Origin: Octopus vulgaris
Taxonomy: Eukaryota
DNA: 64,000 nt
Reading direction: 5' to 3'
NCBI GenBank assembly: GCA_951406725.2
Contig: OX597816.1
Span: 178,126,001-178,190,000 of the forward strand
In this document: one piece after another, positions 27,952 through 42,825 of the stretch
Layout: each line of letters begins with the position of its first letter
Position numbering within the stretch: the first letter of the stretch is position 1
Translations under genes and position numbers: made by a program
Notes under the pieces: generated by a model
The model's database searches: none
The model's input: only the letters and a program-made list of their open reading frames with translations
What the model was told of the DNA's origin: nothing

Positions 27952-28244
27952 CTCTCTCTGTGTGCGCGCAGACGTGTGTGTGTATGTGTGTGGACGGACT
28001 CGAGTTATGAAACCGAGTAGTCATTGTTCTTAAACCGGACATGTTAAAGAAAGTGAGAAAAAAGACTCGCAAACTTCTCATGGGTTTTCGTCTTTATTTT
28101 TGTTTTTGTTTTAACATTTCCCTTTATTTCATATTCTTAAGTCACCAGTCTTATTTCAGTTTTTGTGTGTGATTTTGTTATCGCTTCCAAAATGATAAGT
28201 AGCCATCTATATCTAGTAAAATCGCACCTGAACTTTTCACTTAC

Positions 28245-28587
28245 CTTCAATGTTTTCTTTATAGCCCTTTGTAAAGAACATAATAGCTTTAGCTGCTCTC
28301 TCTGGGGTCCGCAATAGTCCTTGTCTGTGAGGATTTTCTCCCAGGTTACTCAAAATACCTTTATAATGAGTGGAAAGTGACTTGACAATTTCTTCTTCGC
28401 TCATTTCATCGTAGGTGATACTTTCGGTGCGTTTATACCGATTGGGTTGGAACGTTGAACCTACCGGACTGAAAACATCGCCTTCGCTCTGGGTACTCGG
28501 ATGTCGCACGAAAGCTAATTTCCGTAATTGATCCTCAAGTTCCACATTCGGATCTGTTCGGTAGATTGGTTCCCGATGATTCTCCAT
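28245..28587 (-). CDS. GCH1: GTP cyclohydrolase I, first coding exon
   Basis: MENHREP...[41 protein letters not shown] matches the GCH1/FolE signature LGEDPxRQGLLKTPxRAAxAxxFFTKGY. Ends at a strong phase-1 donor GAAG|GTAAGT (GT at 28244-28243), equivalent to vertebrate GCH1 intron 1. Candidate acceptor TTTCCATAG lies 4 nt before the ATG. Confidence 0.95.
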
Positions 28588-29543
28588 TCTTCTATGGAAA
28601 GTGTTTATTTATTTACCTTTTGTCTTCTTTTATAATACTATCGAAATGTATTTTTAAGCAGTAATTACAAAGGATTGTAATAAAATAAAATTTTCACAAA
28701 AGAAATTAATCCACTTCTAGGCCCGGTCGGTAAGTAGAATGTTCCTAAGATACTGTTACGGGAAGAGATATGGAAATTCATAAGAAGTATGAAACTTCGT
28801 AAGAATACATAACTGTAACGTACATTATGTATGGATGGATGAATGGATGGGCAGACGGATGGATGGATAAATTACTTTAAGGGTTTTAATGAAATATAGA
28901 TGTATTAAAAGATGAATATATTGATGGACAAATGTTTTACCTACTTATGTATCAGAGTCTATGTTTAAAATTGGTGTTAAAGTATCCGTAAAAATGAAAG
29001 TATATGTTTATGTACGTTTCGGTGTGTGTATAATTATGTTTGTTGGAATAACTATAATCATGTATAGTTTACATGTAAATTTATATTGCTGGACTTGAGG
29101 TGTTAAACTGACTTCATTAACTTTCTTTTTCATTTATATCAACAAGTGTAGCGTTTAAACGACTGTAATTGAAAGTCTGTGTGAGTTCAACAATTTCTAC
29201 TTAGAAAAAACATCTTTCGTCCCGTACCAAGAAACTTCAGTAGACCCAAGTGGAATTGCGTCAATTTTTATATTCGTTCAAAAACAAAGAGAAAAAAGAG
29301 GTGATCCAGCCAAATTCAAAAGAATAAAACAAAAATGAATAAATAAAAGTCACCACTCATGTCTGAGAACTGAGGAAGTCTACTACTCCACTTGTTGACG
29401 ACAGAACAGTCCTTTCCACTTAATTCACCAGCAGCGAGTAGGTTTATTTCAACAGATACTACTGCTACTTGTTCTGATTCAACAATGTAGGAGAAAGAAC
29501 CTCCTCGCTCGCTTATCGTGTGCACAGGTTCTTTACATAGACT

Positions 29544-29599
29544 ACTCTGACAGCCTGCTGTTCATACTTTTAAATAGACTCTCTCACTGTGTGACGTAA
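29544..29599 (-). promoter_or_regulatory. Candidate GCH1 core promoter: CRE-like site, TATA-like box, Inr-like site
   Basis: TTACGTCA (29599-29592), TATTTAAAAG (29576-29567), and TCAGAGT with A at 29548, 28 nt after the TATA start. Lies in a repeat-free island about 1 kb upstream of the ATG. Confidence 0.45.
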
Positions 29600-30105
29600 T
29601 TCCATTTAGCAACAGTTGCTATACGAATGACGCGTTGGATTTCCGATTCACAACGGAAGGGAGATAAGAGGCTCCAAGGGAAGGGAGGAATAAATCGAAA
29701 TTGTGAACTATAATTGAAGAGAATAAGAGTAGGAAAAAGAAAAGTGGATAGGTAATATGAGACATTTTATTAAACGCAATAAAATGAAAGGAAGAGAGTG
29801 ACACCATAAACCCGAAAGAAGTGGAAGAGAAGGTACGAGCAAAGTAAAGAAGAAAAAGGTGTGCCGTTCATCTATTGATTCTTCAACTACTAATTTATAC
29901 GCTGTAGACAGTCATACACGTATACACATGCATATACATAGTGACATATCTATATGCGCTCGCACACATAAACAATAGCATCATACACACATACACACAG
30001 ATGATATACGTGTTTGTTTATTCAGAAACCTTGTCGCTTTGGTTAATCGCCGGCCTGAATTAGTGGAAGGGAAAGGTTGACAGATTTCCAAGAAAATATA
30101 TACGG

Positions 30106-30588
30106 TACATACATACACATACATACATACATACATACATACATACATACATACATACATACATACACACACACATACATACATACATACATACACACAC
30201 ACATACATACATACATACATACATACATACACACACACATACATACATACATACATACATACACACACACATACATACATACATACATACATACATACAC
30301 ACACACATACATACATACATACATACATACATACATACACACACACATACATACATACATACATACATACACACACACATACATACATACATACATACAT
30401 ACATACATACATACATACACACACACATACATACATACATACACACACACATACATACATACATACATACATACATACATACATACATACACACACACAT
30501 ACATACAGACAGACATACATACATACATACATACATACACACACACATACATACATACATACATACATACATACACACACACATACAT

Positions 30589-30619
<31 letters not shown>

Positions 30620-31060
30620 TACATACATACATACATACATACATACATACATACATACATACATACACACAAATACATACATACATACATACATACATAC
30701 ATACATACATACACACACATACATACATACATACATACATACATACATACATACATACATACATACATACATACATACATACATACATGCATACATACAT
30801 ACATGCATGCATACATACATACATACATACATACATACATACATACACACACACACATACATACATACATACATAATGCATACAGAAATGCATATATACA
30901 TACATACATACAGAAATGCATATATATATATACACACATACATACATACATACATACATACATACAGAAATGCATATATATATACACACATACATACATA
31001 CATACATACATACATACATACATACATACAGAAATGCATATATATATACATATACATGCA
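30106..31060 (+). repeat. ~950 bp (CATA)n/CA array
   Basis: Directly visible; CAGAAATGCATATATA subunit occurs four times near the right end. Confidence 0.95.
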
Positions 31061-31606
31061 TTCATGCACACATGCGTGTGTGTGTGTGTGTGTGTGTGCG
31101 TGTATGCACGCACCCATATACATATATGCATGCAGTTATATGTGTATTCTCATCCGGAATGACGGAAGGAGAGAATTGTCATAGATGAAGGAAAAAGGGA
31201 AAAGTCGAGTGAAAAAGATAAGACACCGATCCAAAGTAACGCGAGTTCGAATCTGTAATGTTAGAAAGCAAGGTGATATATTTTATGGGCCTCAATGAGC
31301 CCTGTCATCGCACTGACCCAGCCACTCCCCACCACCTCAACCACACCAAATGGTCGGATTTCCGTCAGCTTCACACTGATAACCAGTGGCAACCAATGCG
31401 CATCCCATTAGCTCTCTCACAAATAGTTAAGCAGCTGAAGTGATGGATCGTCCACCTAGCTCCCCACACCCCCAACAACAACAACAACAACAACGAAAGT
31501 TCATGGGTCAATAAGGCTAGAAATAGCAACCAAGCTCCCACAAATTATACTTAACTTTCTTTAAAATATTAAAAAAAAAAAGACGAAGGAAGAGAAAACA
31601 GCGAAG

Positions 31607-32974
31607 AGGCGTGGCTGGGTGGTAAGAAGTTAGCGTCATACCACATGGCCCCGGGTTCAGTCCCGCTGCGCGGCAGTTTGGGCAAGTGCCCTCCACAACA
31701 GTCCAAGGCCGGCCAAAGCCTTGTGAATGAATTTGGTAGGTGGAAACTAAAAGACGCCTGTCGTGTATGTATGTGTGTATGTATGTATTTATGTATGTAT
31801 GTATGTATGAATGTATGTATGTATGTATTCATGTATATATGTATGTGTGTATTATGTATGTAAGTATGTATGTATGTATGTGTGTATGTATGAATGTATG
31901 AATGTATGTATGTATGTATGTATGTGTGTATGTGTGTGTATGTATGTATGTATGTATGTATGTATGTATGTATGTATGTATTTATGTATGTATGTATGAA
32001 TGTATGTATGTATGTATGTATGTATTATGTATGTATGTATGTATTATGTATGTATGTATTATGTATGTAAGTATGTATGTATGTATGTATTATGTATGTA
32101 AGTATGTATGTATGTATGTGTGTGTGTGTATGTATGAATGTATGTATGTATGTATGAATGTATGTATGTATGTATTTATGTATGTATGTATGTATGTATG
32201 TATGTATGTATATATTATGTATGTATGTATGTATGTATTATGCATGTATGTATGTATGTATGTATGTATGTATGAATGTATGTATGAATGTATGTATGTA
32301 TGTATGTATGTATGTATGAATGTATGTATGTATGTGTATGTATGTATGTATGTATGTATGTATGAATATATGTATGTATGTATGTATTTATGTATGTATG
32401 TATGTATGAATGTATGTATGTATGAATGTATGTATGTATGAATGTATGTATGTATGTATGTATGAATGTATGTATGTATGAATGTATGTATGTATGAATG
32501 TATTTATGTATGTGTGTATGTGTGTGTGTGTGTGTATGTATGTATTTATGTATGTATGTATGTATGTATTTATGTATGTATGTATGTATGTATGTATGTA
32601 TGAATGTATGTGTGTATGTATGAATGTATGTATGTATGTATGTATGTATGAATGTATGTATGTATGTATGTATGCATGAATGTATGTATGTATATATGTA
32701 TGTATGTATGAATGTATGTATGTATGTATGTCTGTATGAATGTATGTATATATGTATGTATGTATGAATGTATGTATGTATGTATGTATGTATGTATGCA
32801 TGTATGTATGTATGTATGTATGTATGTATGCATGAATGTATGTACGTATATATGTATGTATGTATGAATGTATGTATGTATGTATGTATGTATGTATATA
32901 TGTATGTATGTGTGTATGTATGTATGTATGTATGAATGCATGTATGTATGTATGTATGTATGAATGTATGTATG

Positions 32975-33008
<34 letters not shown>

Positions 33009-33036
33009 TGTATGTATGTATGAATGTATGTATGTA

Positions 33037-33091
<55 letters not shown>

Positions 33092-33190
33092 TTGTGTTTG
33101 TCCCTACTACCGCTTAACAACCGGTGTTGGTTTCTTTCTGTTCTTGTAACCTGGCGGTTCGGCAAAAACGTACGTTTGAACAAGTAAAAA
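31607..33190 (+). mobile_element. Diverged SINE family A with internal microsatellite expanded to ~1.3 kb (TATG)n
   Basis: Head 31607-31765; (TATG)n/(TG)n 31766-33090; body resumes TTTGTGTTTGTCCC..AACAACCGGTGTTGGT..GGTTCGGCAAAA at 33091-33190. Confidence 0.8.
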
Positions 33191-33318
33191 ATAAAAATAA
33201 AAGATGAAAGATAATAGGCTTCAGACGTGGCTGTGTTTTCCTGAATTTTTGTCGGGTGTTATTTTTTTCTTTTTTCTTTCGCTGCTGGTAAGCATTTTTG
33301 CTGTTGTTGTTGCAAACG

Positions 33319-33668
33319 TTGACTCGCGGTCGTAGGATCGCGGTTTCGATTCCCAGACCGGGCGTTGTGAGTGTTTATTGAGCGAAAACACCTAAAGCTC
33401 CACGAGGCTCCGACAGGGGATGGTGGTGATCCCTGCTGTACTCTTTCACCACAACTTTCTCTCACTCTTACTTCCTGTTTCTGTTGTACCTGTATTTCAA
33501 GGGGCCGGCCTTGTCACTCTCTGTGTCACGCTGAATATCCCCGAGAACTACGTTAAGGGTACACATGTCTGTGGAGTGCTCAGCCACTTGCACGTTAATT
33601 TCACGAGCAGGCTGTTCCGTTGATTCGGATCAACCGGAACCCTCATCGTCGTAACCGACGGAGTGCTT
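33319..33668 (+). mobile_element. SINE family D (tRNA-derived, 5' clipped)
   Basis: tRNA-like GTAGGATCGCGGTTTCGATTCCCAGACCGGGC head (B-box-like) followed by a ~300 bp GC-richer body. Single copy in this window. Confidence 0.6.
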
Positions 33669-33989
33669 CTAGTTGCAAACGCTGGACTAGCGTTTGGAAT
33701 TGCTATTGTTATTTGTTGAACGTCAAAGTTTATTGTTGAACATTGTTGTACTACTTCCCGTTTTGTTTTACCTGGAATAACTAAAGGAGAAGGAATTGTT
33801 GACCAGTATTTGTTGGCCATCGTGGCATTTTTATGAACGTTGTTTTCTCAAACTGTGTATAGTCTTTTTCGACTAATTTTTGTGCCCCTCCCCCCTAACG
33901 GGGGTTGGATTTGAACCTTGTTAGTGAACTGTTGTCCTCTTCAAGAGGAAAATTTTTTATTTCCCATTGTTGTGGGAAACTATTTAATT

Positions 33990-34399
33990 TACTCCTTTAC
34001 TCTTTTACTTGTTTCAGTCATTTGACTGCGGCCATGTTGGAGCATCGCCTTTAGTCGAGCAAATCGACCCCGGGACTTATTCTTTGTAAGCCCAGTACTT
34101 ATTCTATCGGTCTCTTTTTGCCGAACCGCTAAGTGACGGGGACGTAAACACACCAGCATCAGTTGTCAAGCAATGCTAGGGGGACAAACACAGACACACA
34201 AACACACACACATACACACATATATATACATATATACGACAGGCTTCTTTCAGTTTCCGTCTACCAAATCCACTCACAAGGCATTGGTCGGTCCGGGGCT
34301 ATAGCAGAAGACACTTGCCCAAGATGTCACGCAGTGGGACTGAACCCGCAACCATGTGGTTGGTTAGCAAGCTACTTACCACACAGCCACTCCTGCGCC
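33990..34399 (-). mobile_element. SINE family A
   Basis: Full-length match. Confidence 0.92.
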
Positions 34400-35471
34400 T
34401 ATTTGTGTAATTTACCTGTGAAATTAATTTCAACCGAAGAATGTCGGTTGAAATTATACACGAGAGGTGTTCTCTCGTAGAGAGTAAGCAAGAAAATGTG
34501 AAAACAGCTGATTGAAAAGATTTCAATCTAGTTACAAGTTCTACAGCGATCACACTAAGGTAATCACAGGTATATATCAAATATCACCTGCAATTTTGCA
34601 AGGGTTATACAAATTTGAATAAAAGGAACTGGTTTAAAATTGTGCTTAGTATTAAAATTGCTAAGTCATTTATATCTTGTGCATTCGCGGATCGCCCATG
34701 AAAGTCAAAGTACACTTTCAAATACATATTTGCAAGAGACAAGCATTGTCTGTCCTTTATGGCTATTCCAGTTAAGAGAAGTGATTGCATTTGATTATTA
34801 CTTCAATTTTACATCCATAAAATCCTAAAACGACCAAGATATTCTGGAGAAGTTGTCTATTCGAATGATCATTCGTTATTGTACTATATTACAACAGGAT
34901 GGTATAACTTCTCATTCCGCGAAATGTATGGTACTCTACTGAGTAAACGACCAAGAACATCAGACAGGAACTCGACAGAAAATACAGGAAATCTTATAAA
35001 AGAAAAAGTTATGATGTTTTATCAATTTCGGATTTCAAAGAGTAATTATAAGTTTGGACAGAAGAGTGTATCCGGGTTACTGTAATATTTAGGACAGACA
35101 TAGGCATGACCACACTGGAGGGAAAAAAGGACTATAGCAAGTATTAAGCAGTATAACATTCAGAAGTTGTACTTTCGTAAAAAAAAAGTCCTCAGGTTAT
35201 CTACTTATTCAACTGAACAAAAAATATTACGAAACGCAAATAAAGGGTTAGGTTGGAAATTTCGATACAACAACCGATTTCAACACAAGACACCTGAAGA
35301 AGGCTGGAGTGTACAACAGCTGAAACATAGTGAAAGTAACAATCAAAATGAGGGTACTAGTCCGACTAATATAAATAGTATATCGATAATTATGCATATC
35401 AACAAAGTGATCAGTATAATATTTACAACATAAATATATACATATAATAGGGAAGTGCATTGTATGCCTAA

Positions 35472-35511
<40 letters not shown>

Positions 35512-35586
35512 CTTTTAGTTATATCATTTTAGTTTGTCAAGTCTTTATATAGGATGTGAATAGCAAAATAAGTTCATGTATGCTAG

Positions 35587-35687
35587 ACCTGAAGATTGGC
35601 AATATAATCATTTTACTGTGGTATTGTATTTAGAGACATTCTATTTCAGTAATATCAAGGAATATGTTGTCATGAAACGCGCGTAGT
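35587..35687 (+). ncRNA. Hammerhead with expanded stem II
   Basis: AC-CTGAAGA-T-TGGCAATATA...TATGTTGTCA-T-GAAAC-GCGC-GTA-GT; stem I only 2 bp. Confidence 0.65.
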
Positions 35688-35851
35688 AAAGTATATGATT
35701 TGAAATAAGAATTGAAGGTATTAATTTTGATAATTTGGAATAAGAATTGTAGGTATTAATTTTGATAATTTTAATATTTAGTCCTATATGTACCTATTGT
35801 GGATAATGTCATTCAATGATGATTGAGTTGCTTGAGGGTGATTCTCTCAAA

Positions 35852-35889
<38 letters not shown>

Positions 35890-35896
<7 letters not shown>

Positions 35897-36014
35897 TTAG
35901 GGTATCTAAGAGATACCTCTACGCTGGAAATACTAGCCAAAACTTGACTCTAAAATGTCAAGTTTTGGCTGCTATTTCCAGCATGGAAGTACCTCTTAGA
36001 TACCCTAAATTATA
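35890..36014. repeat. Fold-back hairpin next to (TA)n
   Basis: TATAATTTAGGGTATCTAAGAG...CCAAAACTTGAC / GTCAAGTTTTGG...CTCTTAGATACCCTAAATTATA. Confidence 0.85.
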
Positions 36015-36344
36015 ATTTTGTTAATAATTATTACCTTTGAAGGAAAACGTGCTTGCTTACTTGCTTGCGTGCTTGCTTGATTGTGTGCTTGCTTGCCTGC
36101 TTTTTTGCTTACTTGCTTGCTCGCGTGCTTGCTCGCGTGCTTGCTTGCGTGCTTGCTCGATTGTGTGCGTGCTTACTTGTGTGCTTGCTTACTTACTTGC
36201 CTGTGTGATTGCATGCTTGCTTGCTTGCTTCGTGCTTGTCTGTAATTTAGTACAGCCAAATCAGCGCATAATGGGAAAATGCTCTGAAAATAAGGTACCC
36301 CTGAAATGTGAATACAAATGGAAGAAAACAAGTTTGGCGTAGAA

Positions 36345-36480
36345 CTGCCACCACATAACCTGGGATTGAAAACAGGATCGCCGATAATTCTAATAAGAAA
36401 CTTCAATCCTCCAAGGCTTTGTAATGGAACGCGCATGTTCGTGGAAGAACTGCACAATAATTTCATAGTAGCGATGATTT
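36345..36480 (+). mobile_element. Helitron PIF1-like helicase fragment
   Basis: LPPHNLGLKTGSPIILIRNFNPPRLCNGTRMFVEELHNNFIVAMI matches the Helitron motif LPPHxLxLKxGxPIxLLRNLxPPxLCNGTRL. A (GCTT)n tract lies upstream at 36048-36240. Confidence 0.85.
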
Positions 36481-37139
36481 AGATATGTATATATTTATTT
36501 AATTATTATAACTGTACGTAAATTTTAAGATATTAGTTAGTCACTGTGGTATATAGATCGTAAAATAGTTATACGATTTTTTAAAGATAGGTTATACGTT
36601 TTTAATTTGATTTTTAATTTCTAAATTGTATTTCATAAATATATTCTATAGATATTTATAATATTTATGTAAGTAATAAGGGACTAATTTATTTATTTAT
36701 TTTTGGTTATATGTTTATATATTTATTGATAAAGTAAATTTTAGATTTTAGATTTTTAATTACTATATTTGTTGATTTTAATTTAGATACTTATTTTTAT
36801 GTATTTATTATTTTATAATTATTCGATGTGAACTTAAATCTAAAAATATTAACAGTGATTATTTTGTTAAATATTTTGGTAATTAAATATTAGAAAGATA
36901 TTCGATAGTTTATTATGTATTTTTAAAACCAAATTATATCTTTAAAGATAAATACATATTTCTACATATTTCTATCTTAAAAATTAAATATTTGACATAA
37001 TAAATGTGTTGTAGGAAATAATCCTAATGTTTTAAGTTTCTAATTTAGTTAATGGAGTTTTTCCTATAAGAAATATTTATTTATTTCTTAAATAAATATA
37101 GTTTAACTCTATTTGCTTATTTATTAAACTATTATCATT

Positions 37140-37238
37140 AACCTGAAGATTCACTATAATCTTAAATCGAATTATTTCAATTGAATTTAAACTTAATTGT
37201 AATTCGAATTTAATTGTAGCCATGAAACGTACGTAGTT
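37140..37238 (+). ncRNA. Degenerate hammerhead with expanded stem II
   Basis: AAC-CTGAAGA-TTCA-CTATAAT...ATTGTAG-CCAT-GAAAC-GTAC-GTA-GTT. Confidence 0.6.
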
Positions 37239-38717
37239 TTTTTAAATTAATATATTATATATTGATCATTCATTTTTATACTTTTTGAGATCTAGTTATA
37301 AGTTATATGTTTTATAAAAATATATATTATTTGTTATTTATGTATTGGTTTATGTTTATCAATGTTTGAGTTGATTTTTTAACACAGTACAGAAAAAAGA
37401 AATACAGAAATACAATTATACAATTACATACCAGTCACTCAAAGAAAGTGGCTGGTATGTAATTATATAAATGTATTTCTGTATTTGTTTTTTCTGATGA
37501 GGGGACTGTCAGTTTTAAAAATATGAAGTATATCATATTACTAGGCACATCTCTGAAATAAAAAATTATAGATGGAATAAAAAATTTTTTGTAATATTTA
37601 CGTGGTACGTCTTTTTAATGTTTTATCTTCTCATATTTTTATTACACCAATGTATTATAACTTTTAAATCTAAAATTCACTGTTTTATGTATCATATCGA
37701 TATTTATCTATTTATATGTATTTTTATATTTATATATTTGGAATTTTTATATCCGTTTTATAAATGTAGAAGAATATATGTATATATATGATTTTGAGTG
37801 TGGTTATTAATTATGTTCCTCTAGTTTCCGCTTGCATTGCCTCCATCGCTTAATAAAGCGGAATATAGCTCACTTGCAGCACTACAACTCCAGTCTGTAT
37901 TTCATATGCGAATATTGTTAACATTAGCAATCTCAAAATAAAGCAGTGTATTTTATATGTAAATGTATCTGTGTGTGTGTTTGTGTGTGTGTATGTGTAC
38001 ATACATACATACACCCTGTTGTTGATGTTGGATTTCCAATGAAGGAGCCTTGGATCTAGGTTAGAAGCCGGCTCTTTCTCTATTGGCAAGAAATCTTGAA
38101 ATAAAATTGAACAATTACATACATACATAAATGACTTCTTCATTTCTTCATTTTCTTCTTTTTCTTAACTTCATGGTTGACCATGATTTACTGTATAGTA
38201 AATGTCTTTCATCTCGCTCTATTACTCTCCCCTTCGCTAGATCTGGCCTCCCTTTTAACCTCGCCTGCTTCCCTGTTTTATCACCAATTTTTCTTCTTTC
38301 TTGATGTTATTAACAGATGTATTTTAGTTACTAACTCTACTTCAGAACTCCACGCTTCTTCACCTCACCACCACATCTTCACTTCTACGTTCCGCACTTT
38401 ACCTCCCACTGAACGCTTTCCTATCGAATTGTATATTTATAAGCATTGTTCTCTATTATGCTATTTGCTAGTGTTTTCTGGTGTGGATAACATGATTTCG
38501 CATTACGGATCTCTCCAAATCCGTGTAACTATATTATTGGTCCTTATTATATAATATTCGTAGTTATGATGCCATTCTTTGTTTTTCCGAAACAGCTGTA
38601 AAGATTTGATCACACTGTTCTTTATTTGTATACGCAAATTTCAATGTAAATACAGTCCTTACTCCTAGTTTAGTTTACCAACATTTTTTACCTACATACT
38701 ACTCTGTGTGTGTGTGT

Positions 38718-39885
<1,168 letters not shown>

Positions 39886-40343
39886 TAGGGCCGAATATAA
39901 TCTCGGTGTAACAGCACATAGGACTCCAAGCAACCATTAATGTATCAAGTGTCGGAAAGATATTGTAGATATGTAAGAACCATATCCAATTCAAAACGTA
40001 AATCCCACTCAGGGCTGGTTCTAAGCCTAGGTACAAAAAAGAACACAAATTGGGTTTTTACATTTACGACAGCAGGTTCAGTAGAATTTTATTGATGTAT
40101 TCATAGATTACATCATAACATATAATTCACCATCTTAAGTAAATATTTTAAACAGGTGAGATAATATCCTGATCATGATGAATACAACCAACGTTGTTGG
40201 ATAAGTGGTATTTTAAAAATAACACTCGAATTTATAGGTAGGTGGTGGTGGTGATAGCAACAATAATAATCGTAATTATTTGCAGCCCTAACATTGAGAG
40301 CCATGGTTGAAGTAGTATAAATCGTGTCATAAATCGTGTCATA

Positions 40344-40800
<457 letters not shown>

Positions 40801-40871
40801 TAGCCAACATTAGCAGTCGTGATATTGTGTGTCAACCGACTGCTTCAACCTCTAAATACATTACTTCTATA

Positions 40872-41105
40872 TATTTCTTTACTACTCACAAGGGGCTAAA
40901 CACAGAGGGGACAAACAAGGACAGACAAACGGATTAAGTCGATTACATCGACCCCAGTGCATAACTGGTACTTATTTAATCGACCCCGAAAGGATGAAAG
41001 GCAAAGTCGACCTCGGCGGAATTTGAACCCAGAACGTAACGACAGACGAAATACGGCTACGCATTTCGACCGGCGTGCTAACGTTTCTGTTAGCTCGCCG
41101 CCTTA
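40872..41105 (-). mobile_element. SINE family B, full length
   Basis: Matches 13013-13242. Confidence 0.88.
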
Positions 41106-41325
41106 TTAAATACATTCCCTCGATATGTAACAGTACTTGCCGCCCTAGAAGCAGCAATAGTGTTAGGGGTGGCTATGGAAACATAAACCTTAACATTGAT
41201 AATGACACAACCAGCCCAGGCAACATCTACCTCGATTCTAATATAACGATTATGTACCTATTGACGATCAAAGTAACTGTTTTAACTTCCACAATTACAA
41301 TATTAGTGTCATTACTAGTAATAAA

Positions 41326-41670
41326 GGCGCATGGCTCAGTGGTTAGAGCGTCGAGCTTACGATCGTGAGGTTGTGAGCTCGAATCCCGGACCGGGCTGCG
41401 TGTTGTGTTCTTGAGCAAAGCACTTTATTTCACGTTGCTCCAGTTCACTCAGCTGTAGAAATGAGTTGCGACGTCCCTGGTGCCAAGCTGTATCGACCTT
41501 TGGCTTTCCCTTGGATAACACTGGTGGCGTGGAGAGGGGAGGCTGGTATGCATGGGCGACTGCTGGTCTTCCAAAAAAAACCTTGCCCGGACTTGTGTCT
41601 AGGAGGGTAACTTTCTAGGTGCAATCCCATGGTCATTCATGACCGAAGGGGGTCTTTACCCTTTACCCTT
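41326..41670 (+). mobile_element. tRNA-derived SINE family C
   Basis: A box TGGCTCAGTGG, B box GCTCGAATCC, (CTTTACC)n tail, TSD-like TTACTAGTAA on both sides. Confidence 0.85.
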
Positions 41671-42044
41671 ACTAGTAACAATAACTCCCCTTTCTCATAC
41701 ATAATCCCTGAAAATTCGGATAATTCTATCGGATCTCACAACAGTTATCACTCTCTCCGGCGGTCCTTGAGTATCACAAGAAGTACTAAAGCCCATAACT
41801 CTCCTAAATTACTTAATCGTAAAAGTAAACTTCCATGCCATCTCTATAATTTATGCCCCACTAAAAATATTATCTATAGATTTAGCTTAATAACAAACCT
41901 GAACACTTTTACCTATATCAGTTCCACTTCTTGCAAATTCATGCAGAGGTTATAAACCATTCTTATACTTACAATATTCGCAATAAGGCTTCTTTTCTTC
42001 ACTCGAAGAAGAATTAAGAATTTAAAAACACACACAGATGTGTG

Positions 42045-42105
<61 letters not shown>

Positions 42106-42107
<2 letters not shown>

Positions 42108-42258
42108 GAGGGGTTTCTTTCAGTTTCCGTCTACCAAAACCACTCACAATGCTTTGGTCGACACGATGTTCTAGTAAGCGACACTTGCCCAAGGTGCCAC
42201 GCAGTGAGACTGAACCTGAAGCGATGTGGTTGGAAAGCAAGTTTCATACCACACAGGC
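42106..42258 (-). mobile_element. SINE family A 5' half
   Basis: Diverged head and body. Confidence 0.8.
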
Positions 42259-42324
42259 AATATGTTGTTTTTGTTGTTGTTGTTTTTGTTTTTGTTGTTG
42301 TTTTTGTTGTTGTTGTTGTTGTTG

Positions 42325-42355
<31 letters not shown>

Positions 42356-42825
42356 ATCATCTTAAAAGGGTTGACGTAACTCTTCACAAAGGTAAATAGA
42401 CAAGACGAAGAGCGCGATGCGACTGCAATGGATATTTTATTGGTTGAACGATATTTCGAAAGCAAGCCTGTCTATGTCGAGTTCAAAATGAAAAGCGATA
42501 AAAATTTAAAATCATAGAAATTCAAATGTAAAATATGAACGGGAGCAACCAGCGTCCACACGATTTTGGAATGGCATCATCAATCTTCAAGTTTCAATTT
42601 TACAACTGGCGAAAAGAAAAAGAAAAAAAAAGAGAAAAAGGAAAGAAAAAAGAAAAGGGAAAAGAATATTTAATCAAACTGTTTGTGTAAATTTGATAAA
42701 ACTCTCCTGTCATTTTATTCATTCCTCCAGGGCGTGATGTTAATAATCTGCAAACATAGTTTCTCCTCGTGTATTTTGGGTATTGAAAGTGTATCACATT
42801 TAGAATATTTCCTGAGAATATGTAC

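Noticed and set aside
29981-33187. Long ORFs of 250-380 aa (YVCM/HTYI repeats), and the YIYI, CVCV and LSIY ORFs throughout the window
   Set aside because: They are translations of stop-free microsatellites, not genes.
41326-41400. tRNA gene
   Set aside because: It continues into a SINE body with a tandem tail and TSD-like flanks. The same applies to the other SINE heads.
42455-42592. Hammerhead in the direct repeats of the protease-bearing PLE
   Set aside because: Minus-strand TTGATGA...GAAATATC-GTTCAA is suggestive, but the core and stem I are imperfect in both copies; it needs a family consensus.
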